A DNA stretch of 64,000 nucleotides, taken from contig CALBZA010000026.1 in NCBI GenBank assembly GCA_937890005.1, positions 3,841-67,840 of the forward strand, in the 5' to 3' direction. This document shows, one piece after another, positions 1-8,934 of the stretch. Below the pieces are notes generated by a model, which was not told the DNA's origin, ran no database searches, and saw only the letters and a list, made by a program, of their open reading frames with translations. Position 1 is the first letter of the stretch; each line of letters starts with the position of its first letter. Both the position numbers and the translations under genes were made by a program. This DNA comes from an uncultured Verrucomicrobia subdivision 3 bacterium (GTDB lineage: Bacteria; Verrucomicrobiota; Verrucomicrobiia; Limisphaerales; DASXHY01).

Positions 1-630
1 TGTGACTGTTGAAGTTTCGGCGAGCTGGCCGGAGTTGCCGAACAGCACCAGGCCGTTCTGGATGATCAGGTCGCCGGGGATCGACACCAAACCCACCAGT
101 GTTTCATTGTCGAGAGTGACGCTGCCGGATCGCAGAATGGTCGGGCCGGCGAACGTGTTCGCCGCGGCAGCACCGAACCTCACGGTGCCTTCGGTTTCCA
201 GTCCGCCCGAGCCGATCACGCTGCCGAGAAAATTGAACGAAACGGGCGAGACGATGCGATTGGTGCCTTCCAGCGTGATGGTGGTGTCGATGTAGTTCAC
301 GCCCGCGGAATGAACGTTCGTAATCGAGTTGCCGCCACGCAGGGTGATCGTGCCACCGCTCGCAGTGCGGATCGTCTGCCCCGAACCGAGCATTCGGAGC
401 AAGTCGATCTTGAGACCGAAGATGTTGTTCGTGGTTGCGCCCGAAATGGCGGCGGGAATCTCGATGATGACAGGGGCGGCTTCGTTGATGGACGGAGCGC
501 CACCGGAACTCCAGTTGGCCGGATCGCTCCAAAATTTGTTTCCACTGGCACCGCTCCAGACGTGTGTTCCGGCAAAAGCCGGTTGCGCAATCGCCAATAC
601 CGCCGACAACACTGCGTAACGTATTTTCAT
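1..630 (-). CDS. autotransporter-associated beta-strand repeat protein, N-terminal part (runs off the window start)
   Basis: My own minus-strand translation from ATG 630-628 gives MKIRYAVLSAVLAIAQPAFAGTHVWSGASGNKFWSDPANWSSGGAPS..., a signal peptide followed by glycine-rich repeats. The frame stays open to position 1. It is absent from the ORF track because there is no stop in the window; track ORFs 104..694(-) and 2..295(+) are other frames. Confidence 0.7.
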   Translation of the reverse strand, partial: MKIRYAVLSAVLAIAQPAFAGTHVWSGASGNKFWSDPANWSSGGAPSINEAAPVIIEIPAAISGATTNNIFGLKIDLLRMLGSGQTIRTASGGTITLRGGNSITNVHSAGVNYIDTTITLEGTNRIVSPVSFNFLGSVIGSGGLETEGTVRFGAAAANTFAGPTILRSGSVTLDNETLVGLVSIPGDLIIQNGLVLFGNSGQLAETSTVT

Positions 631-941
631 GGTCATGTCCTTTGAATTGATGCCGGTCGTTGTAGCACCAGCACCGAACAGCGGACCATGCCACTAGCGG
701 ATTAGACCATGAGTGAGTTCTGCGTTTTAAGTTTTGAGTTTTGAATTAATGCGTTTTGAATTTCGGCATCCAGGTTCTTCAGCTTTCAGCATTTCAGCTT
801 TTCAACGAATGCACTGAAGACTGCGACCTGAAAACCTCGAATCCGTGTCTCACTGTGTTTCATCTGTGGCTCAAATCATTTTTGGCCAGCCGGCTGAACG
901 ACGCGGTGAATTGACGGGGCGCGGGATACTACTGTAGTGGT

Positions 942-3926
942 ATGTCTCATCCCGGTTTTCTGAGAAACACTCGTGACATGTCCGACATGCGCAGAAAGCC
1001 GTTTCCCGATATGCGCCCCGTCATTTCGTTCTGGAAAGACTCCCTCGCCGGGCGCGCGCTGCGCTTCACCGCGGCCATGGTCGGGCTCGTCGTTGTCATC
1101 TCCACCGCCGTGTCCTACTGGGTGGTGTTTCGGAACGCAGAGAAGGATCGCCTCGAAGCACTTGGCGAATACGCCTCCGAACGCGCCCGACGCGAGAACA
1201 TGAGTTTCAAGCTCGCCGAGGAATATCATTCCGTTCTCAAGGCCGCCTTCATCAAACGCTGGAATCAGCCCGATCCGGAAAACATGGAGGAACGTTTCGA
1301 CGCCGTTTTCGCCAAGGGCACTGACGGCGCGTGGCGCAGCCGTCGGGACCTCATTGATCCGTTGCGCGAGCCATCGACATGGATTCGAGCCGGCCGCGAA
1401 ATCACGCCGGAACTCAAGCGCATGGTCATGATCTGCCACGACCTGACCTTCCAATATTTCGATGCGTGGGCGCCACAGTTCAAAAGCCTCTACATTTCCT
1501 CCCCTTACGAATTCAACACCGGCATCGCTCCCGATCTTCCTGAATGGGTCTGGCAGATCGCACCCGATTTCGATCAAAACAACCACGTCTGGGGACTTCT
1601 CGCCAGCCGCGAACACAATCCCGACCGCCGCTCTCTCTGGACCGGCGTCTTCTACGACATCGCCGCCGGAGATACCAGCCCATCGAGCCTTTACGTCACG
1701 CTCTGCACTCCGGTTGACGTCGGCGGGCGTCACATGATCACCGCTCACCTGGACATTCAAATCTCGGAACTCCTTCAACGCGCCGTCGCTGTCGAACGTC
1801 CCGGCCTCAGTCATCTGATTTTCCGCCCGGACGGAAGAGTGATCATCGGCGGCGGCCTGATGGAACGGATCGCCCAAAGCAAAGGCGAACTGACGCTCCA
1901 GAATTCGGGAGATCCGTCGCTGCAGAGCATTTACAAACTCGCGTCTGCTCAATCGAACTTTCCCTACACGGGATACGATCCGGTCAGCGATCGGTATCTC
2001 GCCATCACGCACCTTGAACATCCCGGCTGGTTGTTTGTATCAATGGTGCCGCGCGCCGACCTTCGCGAGCAGGCGTTTCGATCGGCGCAATGGGTTCTCT
2101 GGAGCGGACTCGGTGTGCTGCTCGTTTCGCTGGCGTTGATCAGCGGAAGCTTTCGCACGCAGGTCGCCCGGCCGCTGAGCCAGCTGCTCGCCATGACCCA
2201 GCGGCTCGAAGCCGGCGAAACGGACGTGAGAATCCAGGTGAACACAACGCGCGAGGACGAGATCAGTGAACTCGCCCGTTCGTTCAACGAAATGGCGGAT
2301 CGCGTTTCCGAGCGCGATGCTGCCGTGCGTGCTTCCGAACGCCGCTGGCGTCTGCTGTTCGAACAATCGCCGTTGAGCGTCCAGTTCTTTTCGCCCGACG
2401 GCCATTCGCTCCGGGTCAACAAAGCGTGGGAACAGCTCACCGGTCTGCAACATGAAGCCATCAGCGGCTGGAATCTTCTCAAGGATGAACAGCTCAAAGC
2501 GGCGGGTTTGATGCCGCACTTCGAACGCGCGTTCAAAGGCGAGGTCGTGGCCATTCCACCCACGCTTTACGACACCGAACAGGCCCGGTTCGTGGGCGAA
2601 CACACCGGCGCCAAACTCAAATGGATCAGCGCGATTCTCTTCCCGTTGTTCGACGACGACGGGAAGCTCATCGAAGTCGTTGCCATTCACGAGGACGTCA
2701 CGGCACGGAAAGTTGCCGAGGAGGAAATCCGGAAACTGAACCAGGAGCTCGAACAGCGCGTGACGGAACGCGCCGCGGCACTGCGGGTCAGCGAGGAACG
2801 TCTGCGCATGATCCTGGAGCACACCCCCATCGCAATCGTCACGCTGGATGCCGAGACCGGACGTTTCGTGGATGCCAACGATCAGGCGCTGCTGCTGTTC
2901 GGTCTTTCACGCGAAGAGTTCCTCTCGGTCGGACCCGCCGATCTCAGTCCCGAACGTCAGCCCGATGGACGGCTTTCCAGTGAAGTGGCGATGGAAAAGA
3001 TTCGCGCCGCGAGAAACGGCGGATCGTCCGCATTCGAATGGACGCACATCAATGCCGGCGGCCAGAAGGTGCAGTGCGAAATCCGGCTCGCCCCCATGCC
3101 TTCCTCCGGACAAAACCTCGTTGTGGGCAACCTGCTCGACATCACCGCATGGAAACGCGCCGAGGAGGAATTGATGAACGCGCTGACCCGCGAGCGGGAA
3201 TTGAGCGAGCTGAAAACGAATTTCGTTTCGCTCGTCTCACACGAGTTCCGCACACCGCTCGGAGTCATCATGTCTGCCACCGATGTTCTCCAACGTTACT
3301 TCGATCGTCTGCCGGCCGAAAAACGGGCGCGGCATCTCGACATGATCTTTCGCTCAACCAGGAACCTCGCGGCGCTGATTGAAGAGGTTTTGTTGCTTGG
3401 AAAAGTTGAAGATGGCCGGATGCAGTTCACGCCAGTGCCGGTCGATCTGGAAACGTTGTGCCGGAATTTTGTCGATGAAGTCACGTCCGCCACCAATGCC
3501 TCATGCCCGATTCAATTCACGGTGCATGGATCCGTGGCGGGCGCTGTCAGCGACGAAAGTCTTCTCCGGCATACGCTGACGAACCTGCTTTCCAACGCGG
3601 TGAAATACTCCGCGCCCGGCACGCCGGTTGAGTTCAGTGTGGAACGTCAGGGCAGCGCCGCGGTGTTCACCATCCGCGATCGTGGAATTGGAATTCCAAA
3701 GGAAGATCAGGCGCGCCTGTTCACCACATTCAGCCGCGGACGAAACGTCGGAGACCGCCCCGGAACCGGGCTTGGCCTGGTCATTGTGCACCGGTGCGTC
3801 CGGTTGCATCGCGGAAAGATTCAACTCCAGAGCGAGCCGGGCACGGGCACGACGGTAATCGTGCATCTTCCCGTCTTTTCCCTGAAACCTGCGCCCGACG
3901 CTCAACTGCAATCTGCCTCGTCATGA
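942..3926 (+). CDS. membrane sensor histidine kinase (TM-HAMP-PAS-PAS-HisKA-HATPase)
   Basis: 994-aa ORF with an N-terminal TM segment (AAMVGLVVVISTAVSYWVVF), an H-box SHEFRTPLGVI, and G-boxes DRGIGI and GTGLGL. Coiled-coil/PAS-like segments lie between. The start could be 942 or the ATG at 978. Confidence 0.9.
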   Translation: MSHPGFLRNTRDMSDMRRKPFPDMRPVISFWKDSLAGRALRFTAAMVGLVVVISTAVSYWVVFRNAEKDRLEALGEYASERARRENMSFKLAEEYHSVLKAAFIKRWNQPDPENMEERFDAVFAKGTDGAWRSRRDLIDPLREPSTWIRAGREITPELKRMVMICHDLTFQYFDAWAPQFKSLYISSPYEFNTGIAPDLPEWVWQIAPDFDQNNHVWGLLASREHNPDRRSLWTGVFYDIAAGDTSPSSLYVTLCTPVDVGGRHMITAHLDIQISELLQRAVAVERPGLSHLIFRPDGRVIIGGGLMERIAQSKGELTLQNSGDPSLQSIYKLASAQSNFPYTGYDPVSDRYLAITHLEHPGWLFVSMVPRADLREQAFRSAQWVLWSGLGVLLVSLALISGSFRTQVARPLSQLLAMTQRLEAGETDVRIQVNTTREDEISELARSFNEMADRVSERDAAVRASERRWRLLFEQSPLSVQFFSPDGHSLRVNKAWEQLTGLQHEAISGWNLLKDEQLKAAGLMPHFERAFKGEVVAIPPTLYDTEQARFVGEHTGAKLKWISAILFPLFDDDGKLIEVVAIHEDVTARKVAEEEIRKLNQELEQRVTERAAALRVSEERLRMILEHTPIAIVTLDAETGRFVDANDQALLLFGLSREEFLSVGPADLSPERQPDGRLSSEVAMEKIRAARNGGSSAFEWTHINAGGQKVQCEIRLAPMPSSGQNLVVGNLLDITAWKRAEEELMNALTRERELSELKTNFVSLVSHEFRTPLGVIMSATDVLQRYFDRLPAEKRARHLDMIFRSTRNLAALIEEVLLLGKVEDGRMQFTPVPVDLETLCRNFVDEVTSATNASCPIQFTVHGSVAGAVSDESLLRHTLTNLLSNAVKYSAPGTPVEFSVERQGSAAVFTIRDRGIGIPKEDQARLFTTFSRGRNVGDRPGTGLGLVIVHRCVRLHRGKIQLQSEPGTGTTVIVHLPVFSLKPAPDAQLQSASS

Positions 3927-4561
3927 AAACTATCCTCATCATCGAAGATCAACCCGACATGCGGGAGAACATCGCCACCATTCTCGAAATGGAAAACTAC
4001 GCCGTGCTCACAGCCAATGACGGCGAACAGGGCCTCGCCATGGCGCGCGAGGAAAAGCCGGATCTGGTTCTTTGCGATGTGATGATGCCGAAGATGGATG
4101 GCCACGAAGTGCTCCGGCAGCTCCGGGAGGATCGCACGATAGCGGGGACGCCGTTCATTTTCCTGACGGCGAAGGGTGAGCGTCGCGATCAGCGCGCTGG
4201 AATGAATCTCGGCGCCGATGATTACCTGACAAAACCGGTGACAGCCACGGATCTGCTTGCGGCTGTTTCCGCAAGACTGGATCGCGAGCAGAAGCGACCG
4301 GCGGGCGAATTTCATCCTGACTTCAGCTCCCCCGCTCCGCTCGAGCGGACGTTGAATCTCACACCGCGCGAAGCGGAAGTGCTGCTCTGGGTGGCACAGG
4401 GCAAGAGCAATCCGGAAATCAGCGCGATCCTCGGCGCTGCAGAGAACACGATCAAAAAGCATCTCCAGAACATTTTCGAGAAGATGGGCGTGGACAATCG
4501 AAACGCCGCCAGTCTCCGGGCGATGGAGATTCTTTCCCAAACCGCTAAACTCAGCGCATGA
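3923..4561 (+). CDS. response regulator, NarL/LuxR family (REC + LuxR HTH)
   Basis: [16 protein letters not shown]...[13 protein letters not shown] forms the REC domain. The C-terminal [45 protein letters not shown] is a LuxR-type HTH. Its ATG overlaps the kinase stop (ATGA). Confidence 0.9.
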   Translation: MKTILIIEDQPDMRENIATILEMENYAVLTANDGEQGLAMAREEKPDLVLCDVMMPKMDGHEVLRQLREDRTIAGTPFIFLTAKGERRDQRAGMNLGADDYLTKPVTATDLLAAVSARLDREQKRPAGEFHPDFSSPAPLERTLNLTPREAEVLLWVAQGKSNPEISAILGAAENTIKKHLQNIFEKMGVDNRNAASLRAMEILSQTAKLSA

Positions 4562-4698
4562 AATCGCTGACTGAACATCTCTGGTTCGAAACGCCCAATC
4601 GAAGGGATTACATCAACATCACCGACACCGTTGCGGCACTGGTTCGCAAGAGCGGCGTGCAGGAAGGCCTGTGTCTGGTGAACGCAATGCAAAACTAG
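4558..4698 (+). pseudogene. yjbQ: 5' fragment of a UPF0047/YjbQ-family gene, truncated by an insertion
   Basis: Encodes [44 protein letters not shown] followed by QN and a stop. The sequence continues seamlessly as [15 protein letters not shown]... at 15889. ATGA-coupled to the upstream response regulator. Confidence 0.8.
4682..4698. other. attL junction (host GAACGCA | ATGCA | element AAACTAG)
   Basis: Comparison with the attR junction at 15884-15900 shows a shared ATGCA. The arms differ immediately on either side. Confidence 0.65.
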
Positions 4699-4740
4699 CT
4701 ACTACCGGTTCACATTGCCGACTGGAGGGGATTTGCTGAT

Positions 4741-5016
4741 ATGAAGCCCGTGCTCAAAATTTCACTGTTCGGAGCAACGGCTCGCTGGAACACAATGCGC
4801 GGAAAGTGGATTTGCTCTGACAAAACGCTTCAGCGCCTGCTGAATCAAACAGTTCCAGATTTCAGCGTTCACACCCGATTCATGACAGACGGGGTCCAAG
4901 GAGAGGCAAAACGAGGGTTGATGAACTCGCCCTTGTGGGAGTCCGTAACCATTCTCAAGGAAGTTCCGGAAACCGCAGACAAACCTTCCGACGATCCCAA
5001 CGAACTCGACGGGTAA
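4741..5016 (+). CDS. hypothetical protein (first gene inside the element)
   Basis: 91-aa ORF with an ATG start. No recognisable motif. Confidence 0.4.
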   Translation: MKPVLKISLFGATARWNTMRGKWICSDKTLQRLLNQTVPDFSVHTRFMTDGVQGEAKRGLMNSPLWESVTILKEVPETADKPSDDPNELDG

Positions 5017-5083
5017 AATATCCTTGTCAGCGCGAACGTAAGAGTTCACAAGAGGTGCGGATTCAAATTGGGGAAAGGGAAAT

Positions 5084-5281
5084 ATGCCAAAGGAAACAGT
5101 TACGCGGAGCGCGACCATTCAAGTTGAGAAAAAGGAGATCACAGTCCAACTCGTTGAAAACCCTCGGGGAAGCTGTGTCCGATTCATTGAGAGCAATGCT
5201 GCCGGACGACGCAATTACCGGATGGTTCCGGCAAGTGGATTGTCGGAACTGACAAAAGTGCTTCAGCAGCTCTCAGCGTAG
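5084..5281 (+). CDS. PUR-alpha-like (DUF3276-like) single-repeat nucleic-acid-binding protein
   Basis: 65 aa. The segment IQVEKKEITVQLVENPRGSCVRFIESNAAGRRNYRMVPASGLSELTKVL matches the PUR repeat pattern (...f.fdlkeNpRG.flrI.E.....r..i.iP..gl.ef...l). A GGGAAAGGGAAAT SD-like stretch lies upstream. Confidence 0.5.
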   Translation: MPKETVTRSATIQVEKKEITVQLVENPRGSCVRFIESNAAGRRNYRMVPASGLSELTKVLQQLSA

Positions 5282-5318
5282 CATCACAAACGAGATTCCT
5301 CGTTTTCACATCTATCAC

Positions 5319-5366
5319 AAGGGTAGGCACCCGCGCCTTGCCCTTCCGTTCGCCCTGCCTACCCTT
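5319..5366 (+). terminator. strong hairpin after the PUR-like gene (11-bp stem AAGGGTAGGCA/TGCCTACCCTT, 26-nt loop, then TTTG)
   Basis: The inverted repeat was read directly from the sequence. The long C-rich loop is atypical for an intrinsic terminator. Confidence 0.4.
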
Positions 5367-5502
5367 TTGAATAAGTAGCGGCGCAAGTGTGCGGGAAGCC
5401 TGTTGCAGGATTACACGCTGCCGTTTGCGGGGGATACACATCACAAGGAGTTGATCCGGCGCTAACCGGAAAAAACATATTGCTGTTTCCTCCAAGATTC
5501 CT

Positions 5503-5751
5503 TTGAATCGGCCCGGTAGGAAAGGACGCGAATTGATCCAAGACGCAAAACGAAAACGGCTCGCAAAGGAGTGGCTAATCTTCATTGTGTCAGTTCTTCC
5601 CGGCACCCTGTTTGTCATCGTCGCAGCCATAGCTGAAGACGGCGCGCCGTTCTGGGCATGGACCTTAATTCCGTTTGGGCCTTACGCCCTGATCATGATT
5701 CTTCGCTCAATTGTCTGGTCTGTGAAAGTTCTGCGGTCGCGACAACAATGA
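5503..5751 (+). CDS. small membrane protein (2 predicted TM helices)
   Basis: WLIFIVSVLPGTLFVIVAAIA and WTLIPFGPYALIMILRSIVW are hydrophobic spans. The start is uncertain: TTG at 5503 or the in-frame TTG at 5533. Its stop overlaps the next ATG (ATGA). Confidence 0.45.
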   Translation: MNRPGRKGRELIQDAKRKRLAKEWLIFIVSVLPGTLFVIVAAIAEDGAPFWAWTLIPFGPYALIMILRSIVWSVKVLRSRQQ

Positions 5752-6320
5752 AGAAAGTTAAAATTCAAGATGATGCGGGACTTGCGTACTGCGTTGAGCA
5801 TGCAAGCGCCTTGATACAAGCAATTCACGATTACGCGGGACGTGATTTCACGAAGAAGTGGAAGCTTCGTTTTCCGCGGGGTTATGTTCGAACAGCACAA
5901 GAACAAAGACAACGGTTATCGTTTATTCCAGATGGCCCTTTGAAAGACAACATTGCTTATACGCTGATTCTTGCTGATACGACTCACTGGCTTCTGTGCA
6001 GAACTGATGTCACCCACACAATACAGGAACAGCTTATCAAACTTCACCTATTTCTCCTTGGCGCACTGGTTGAAAGCATTACGAAAGTCTATTTGTCTGG
6101 CAAATGTGGGAAGAGCTATAAAATCCGAACGGAATATCTAGTCACTCACCACCACATCACTCCCAAATTGAAAATCGATTTGGACTGGCTCTGGGATATG
6201 CGGAACAACATGCATTTGTTCCTCGTGCCCAATTCGGAGTATAGCTGTCCCGATTACACGGTCGCCAACTATAGTCGCGGAGTGGCGGCATTTCGTGAGC
6301 TAGTCAATGGGCTAGCCTGA
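5748..6320 (+). CDS. hypothetical 190-aa protein, AT-richer, translationally coupled to the membrane protein
   Basis: MKKVKIQDDAGLAYCVEH..., with ATG at 5748 inside track ORF 5658..6320. Contains DMRNNMHLF, which is HEPN-like but one residue short of Rx4-6H. Confidence 0.6.
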   Translation: MKKVKIQDDAGLAYCVEHASALIQAIHDYAGRDFTKKWKLRFPRGYVRTAQEQRQRLSFIPDGPLKDNIAYTLILADTTHWLLCRTDVTHTIQEQLIKLHLFLLGALVESITKVYLSGKCGKSYKIRTEYLVTHHHITPKLKIDLDWLWDMRNNMHLFLVPNSEYSCPDYTVANYSRGVAAFRELVNGLA

Positions 6321-6680
6321 GCATTCCATTTCCAAGCTGCGAAAGCGCTTCGGAAAAGGGTTCGCCCGACGTTCACAACTACAACATTCCTTGAGCTGCC
6401 TGGGCTAAAACACGCGTTTGTCTGCGCGGATCGGCCGTTCTAGCGTTTTCCCATTGGAAGTGCAGAGACTCGACTTGCACTAACAAACACACCGAACACA
6501 AGTGCTGCGTCACGGTCGTCCGCCTCCTCCTTGCCGCATTTTTCTGCCGCAGCTAGATAATGTCTGAAAGCGGGCAGCGGGCCTGATCCCCCGTTGAAGA
6601 TTCCCGGCTGGCGGTGGTTGTGTTTTTCATTATTGCCGCTTCTGCCGCTGGCCGGAATCGCTCGCGAACAAAATAATGAA

Positions 6681-7694
6681 ATGAACTACACGATTGAGCG
6701 GGACGAATCCGATTACCTCGACAGACAGTATGAGCTGGGGGCCCAAAAATTGGAGGACGAAGAAGCAGACACACGCTGCAGGTTCCAAGAAGTTGCCGTT
6801 TTCGATCCGAGCGAGGTTTCCAAGGCACTGCTGGAAAGCGAATGGGCTGACCTGCAAGGTCGTGAATCGGACGGAAGCCTTGAACAGCCCTCAAAAATAT
6901 CTAGCCCCTACATCAACGCGCCGCTGCCCCTCTTGGGAATCATGCACGGCGAGGACGTTCACCGCAGGAAAGCGTTTGAAAGGGAAGACCCACGTGATCG
7001 CAAAGCCTTCTGCAACTTCTTTCGTAGCTATGCGATTTGTTACTATGCACAGAACTTGTATCGCAAAACAGCAAAGGATGAAATGAACGGTCTGCGCTAT
7101 CCCGAGAAGACACCAACCGGCTTTAACAGGAACAATCCAAGGCATCGAGCGCTGGGCGCTGCGATGTTCGCGATGAATCGCGGCGGCGGCAGTGTTAAGC
7201 GAATCTTCGGACATTGGAACACGGCACGAGAATTCATGAAGGAGCGTCAGCTTGCCGAATGTGAGCAGGCACGTTTTCAGATTTCATTGAAGCTGCTTGG
7301 GCCGGAATACGATTTTTTGAGCCTGCGCGATCTTCGTGTGCTGATGGCTGTAAACTCGTGCATGGGTGAGGACGGATTCGGCACGATAAGCTGGCGGGTT
7401 CTATCGTGGCGCGCCGTGGGTGCAACGAACGAAGCGGGGCTAGAGTTGCTGGGCGTTAAGCCGCTTGGAAAGCATCAAGTGGAGAATGCCCTTGAGCGGC
7501 TGCAAAAGCATGGACTGATCCACCGCTTGGAAGTCAGGAAAGGGGTGGACAGTCGTGTTACCTTCGTTGCAAAAGGCACCATGTCGGAAAACGTGTTTCA
7601 CACGCTCGTTGCCGACAGAGTCTCCAAGGGCAAAGCTCGGCGTGGCGTGCTTCGGAATGGCAAACTCATTGTTCTTGGACGACTGGCGGAGTGA
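6681..7694 (+). CDS. hypothetical protein with a C-terminal winged-helix-like segment (candidate replication/regulatory protein)
   Basis: The track ORF 6594..7694 starts at a TTG; the first ATG is at 6681 (MNYTIERD...). The C-terminal LSLRDLRVLMAV...GKHQVENALERLQKHGLIHRLEVRKG looks like a wHTH. Confidence 0.5.
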   Translation: MNYTIERDESDYLDRQYELGAQKLEDEEADTRCRFQEVAVFDPSEVSKALLESEWADLQGRESDGSLEQPSKISSPYINAPLPLLGIMHGEDVHRRKAFEREDPRDRKAFCNFFRSYAICYYAQNLYRKTAKDEMNGLRYPEKTPTGFNRNNPRHRALGAAMFAMNRGGGSVKRIFGHWNTAREFMKERQLAECEQARFQISLKLLGPEYDFLSLRDLRVLMAVNSCMGEDGFGTISWRVLSWRAVGATNEAGLELLGVKPLGKHQVENALERLQKHGLIHRLEVRKGVDSRVTFVAKGTMSENVFHTLVADRVSKGKARRGVLRNGKLIVLGRLAE

Positions 7695-7720
7695 GGAACA
7701 TCCAACGCCCTGTTTCACGT

Positions 7721-7752
7721 GGTGCCTACCTGCGGTGCCTACCTGCGGTGCC
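7721..7752. repeat. 13-bp tandem repeat GGTGCCTACCTGC x2.5
   Basis: Read directly from the sequence. Lies in the intergenic region after the wHTH gene. Confidence 0.85.
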
Positions 7753-7756
7753 ATAT

Positions 7757-7780
7757 AATAAAAGCTTCAATAAAAGCTTC
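7757..7780. repeat. 12-bp tandem repeat AATAAAAGCTTC x2
   Basis: Read directly from the sequence. AT-rich, and adjacent to the 13-bp repeats. Confidence 0.85.
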
Positions 7781-7784
7781 CATA

Positions 7785-7815
7785 GCGCCCGCCGCTTTTT
7801 TGGCGGCGCGGGCGC
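7785..7815. other. GC-rich imperfect hairpin (GCGCCCGCCGC-T6G-GCGGCGCGGGCGC)
   Basis: Inverted repeat with a 2-nt bulge; the T-run sits in the loop. Confidence 0.5.
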
Positions 7816-7885
7816 TGTATGCGAAGAAGGAGAGAGAGATGTGTGTTTCCTCAGAAAAGCAGAAAACGCCAATTTGCTTAGGTGA

Positions 7886-8929
7886 ATGGAACGGAAGGAG
7901 GGAGAAGAACGAAAACACCAAATGAAAAATCTCCTTGCAGCCAAAACCAGAAAGAGCAAATTCCGCCTCATGACAAAGGAGAAAGCCAATTTGCAGCCAA
8001 ATGGAGAAGATGCTTCGTCTGAAGATGTGTTGCTTCCCACTCCCGAAGAACAACTGCAACGTCAGGAGCGCGAAAAGCGCGATGCGTTTGTGAGGCAGAT
8101 TGAGGGCTTTTTAGAGAATGATCCCGAGTTGCGTTCAATCGTGTTCCACCGGATTAAGGAAAATGCCCGTAAAAGGATTGAAACCCTCCGTAAAGGGGAA
8201 GCGATTGAAGAGATTCTCCAGATGCAAAAGCGCGAAAAGGACAACGCTAACGCGTTAGCGGTGCTTTCTCAAAGAATTCGGACAGGGACGCTCCAGGAAA
8301 AAACAAAAGCCCTCCAATCGCTCGTGGGCGAGATTGCGGACCGACAACAGAACATCGACAAAAACGAACGTGCCGCGGCGAACTCTATGAACTTGGCCGT
8401 GACGTATGCCAAAGAAATTGGAGACAGATTGCAGTTCGCAAAGGATCATTTGATTCCCGAAGGACAATACGAAAAGTGGGTTGAAGAGACATTTGACGGC
8501 ATTTTCAAACCTTCCACCGCTCGCCTCTATCGACAAATCGCCGCACCTCAGAATTGGAAAAAGATCGCAAAAAAGGTCAACACACCCCCGGGGTTGAGCC
8601 TGCGAGCGGCCCGCGCACTTCTCACGGACAAACCCGAAAAGCAGAGCAAATCCGAAATAGAAAAGACGCGCGCAAAGTTGGAAAAGAAAGCTTTGGAAAA
8701 GTTCCGCGAACTCATAGCTGGATGGCCCCCAAAGATGCTCGATGAAGTGACATTCTCCAACGCATGGTTTTGGGGAAGGCTCGACAAGGAGGCGCAAAAG
8801 CTCTGCAACCCCAGCGAAATGGCGAGGGAGTCGGCGAGGAACTTCCGTCGGTTGCTCAATGCTCAACGCCAAATGTTGAACGCCGGACAGTTTTCGCCAG
8901 CGGACCTATTGGAATCCGATTTTCATTAA
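7886..8929 (+). CDS. DUF3102-like coiled-coil protein
   Basis: 347 aa and K/E-rich. KDHLIPEGQYEKWVEETFDGIFKPSTARLYRQIA resembles the DUF3102 core (HGeW..Wle..f..s.rtA..ym). An alternative start is at 7922. Confidence 0.5.
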   Translation: MERKEGEERKHQMKNLLAAKTRKSKFRLMTKEKANLQPNGEDASSEDVLLPTPEEQLQRQEREKRDAFVRQIEGFLENDPELRSIVFHRIKENARKRIETLRKGEAIEEILQMQKREKDNANALAVLSQRIRTGTLQEKTKALQSLVGEIADRQQNIDKNERAAANSMNLAVTYAKEIGDRLQFAKDHLIPEGQYEKWVEETFDGIFKPSTARLYRQIAAPQNWKKIAKKVNTPPGLSLRAARALLTDKPEKQSKSEIEKTRAKLEKKALEKFRELIAGWPPKMLDEVTFSNAWFWGRLDKEAQKLCNPSEMARESARNFRRLLNAQRQMLNAGQFSPADLLESDFH

Positions 8930-8934
8930 ATACC

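Noticed and set aside
104-694. 196-aa minus-strand track ORF at the window start
   Set aside because: A different minus frame (1..630) gives a signal peptide and beta-strand repeat protein. The track ORF is R/H-rich and has no motifs.
876-2021. 381-aa minus-strand ORF overlapping the sensor kinase (and similar ORFs at 2040..2822, 3902..4540)
   Set aside because: These are shadow ORFs. The plus-strand kinase and regulator have canonical H-box, G-box and REC motifs.
6270-6290. HEPN RNase motif in the 190-aa protein (DMRNNMHLF)
   Set aside because: It is not a canonical Rx4-6H motif, because only three residues separate R and H. I kept it only as a caveat in the finding, not as an annotation.
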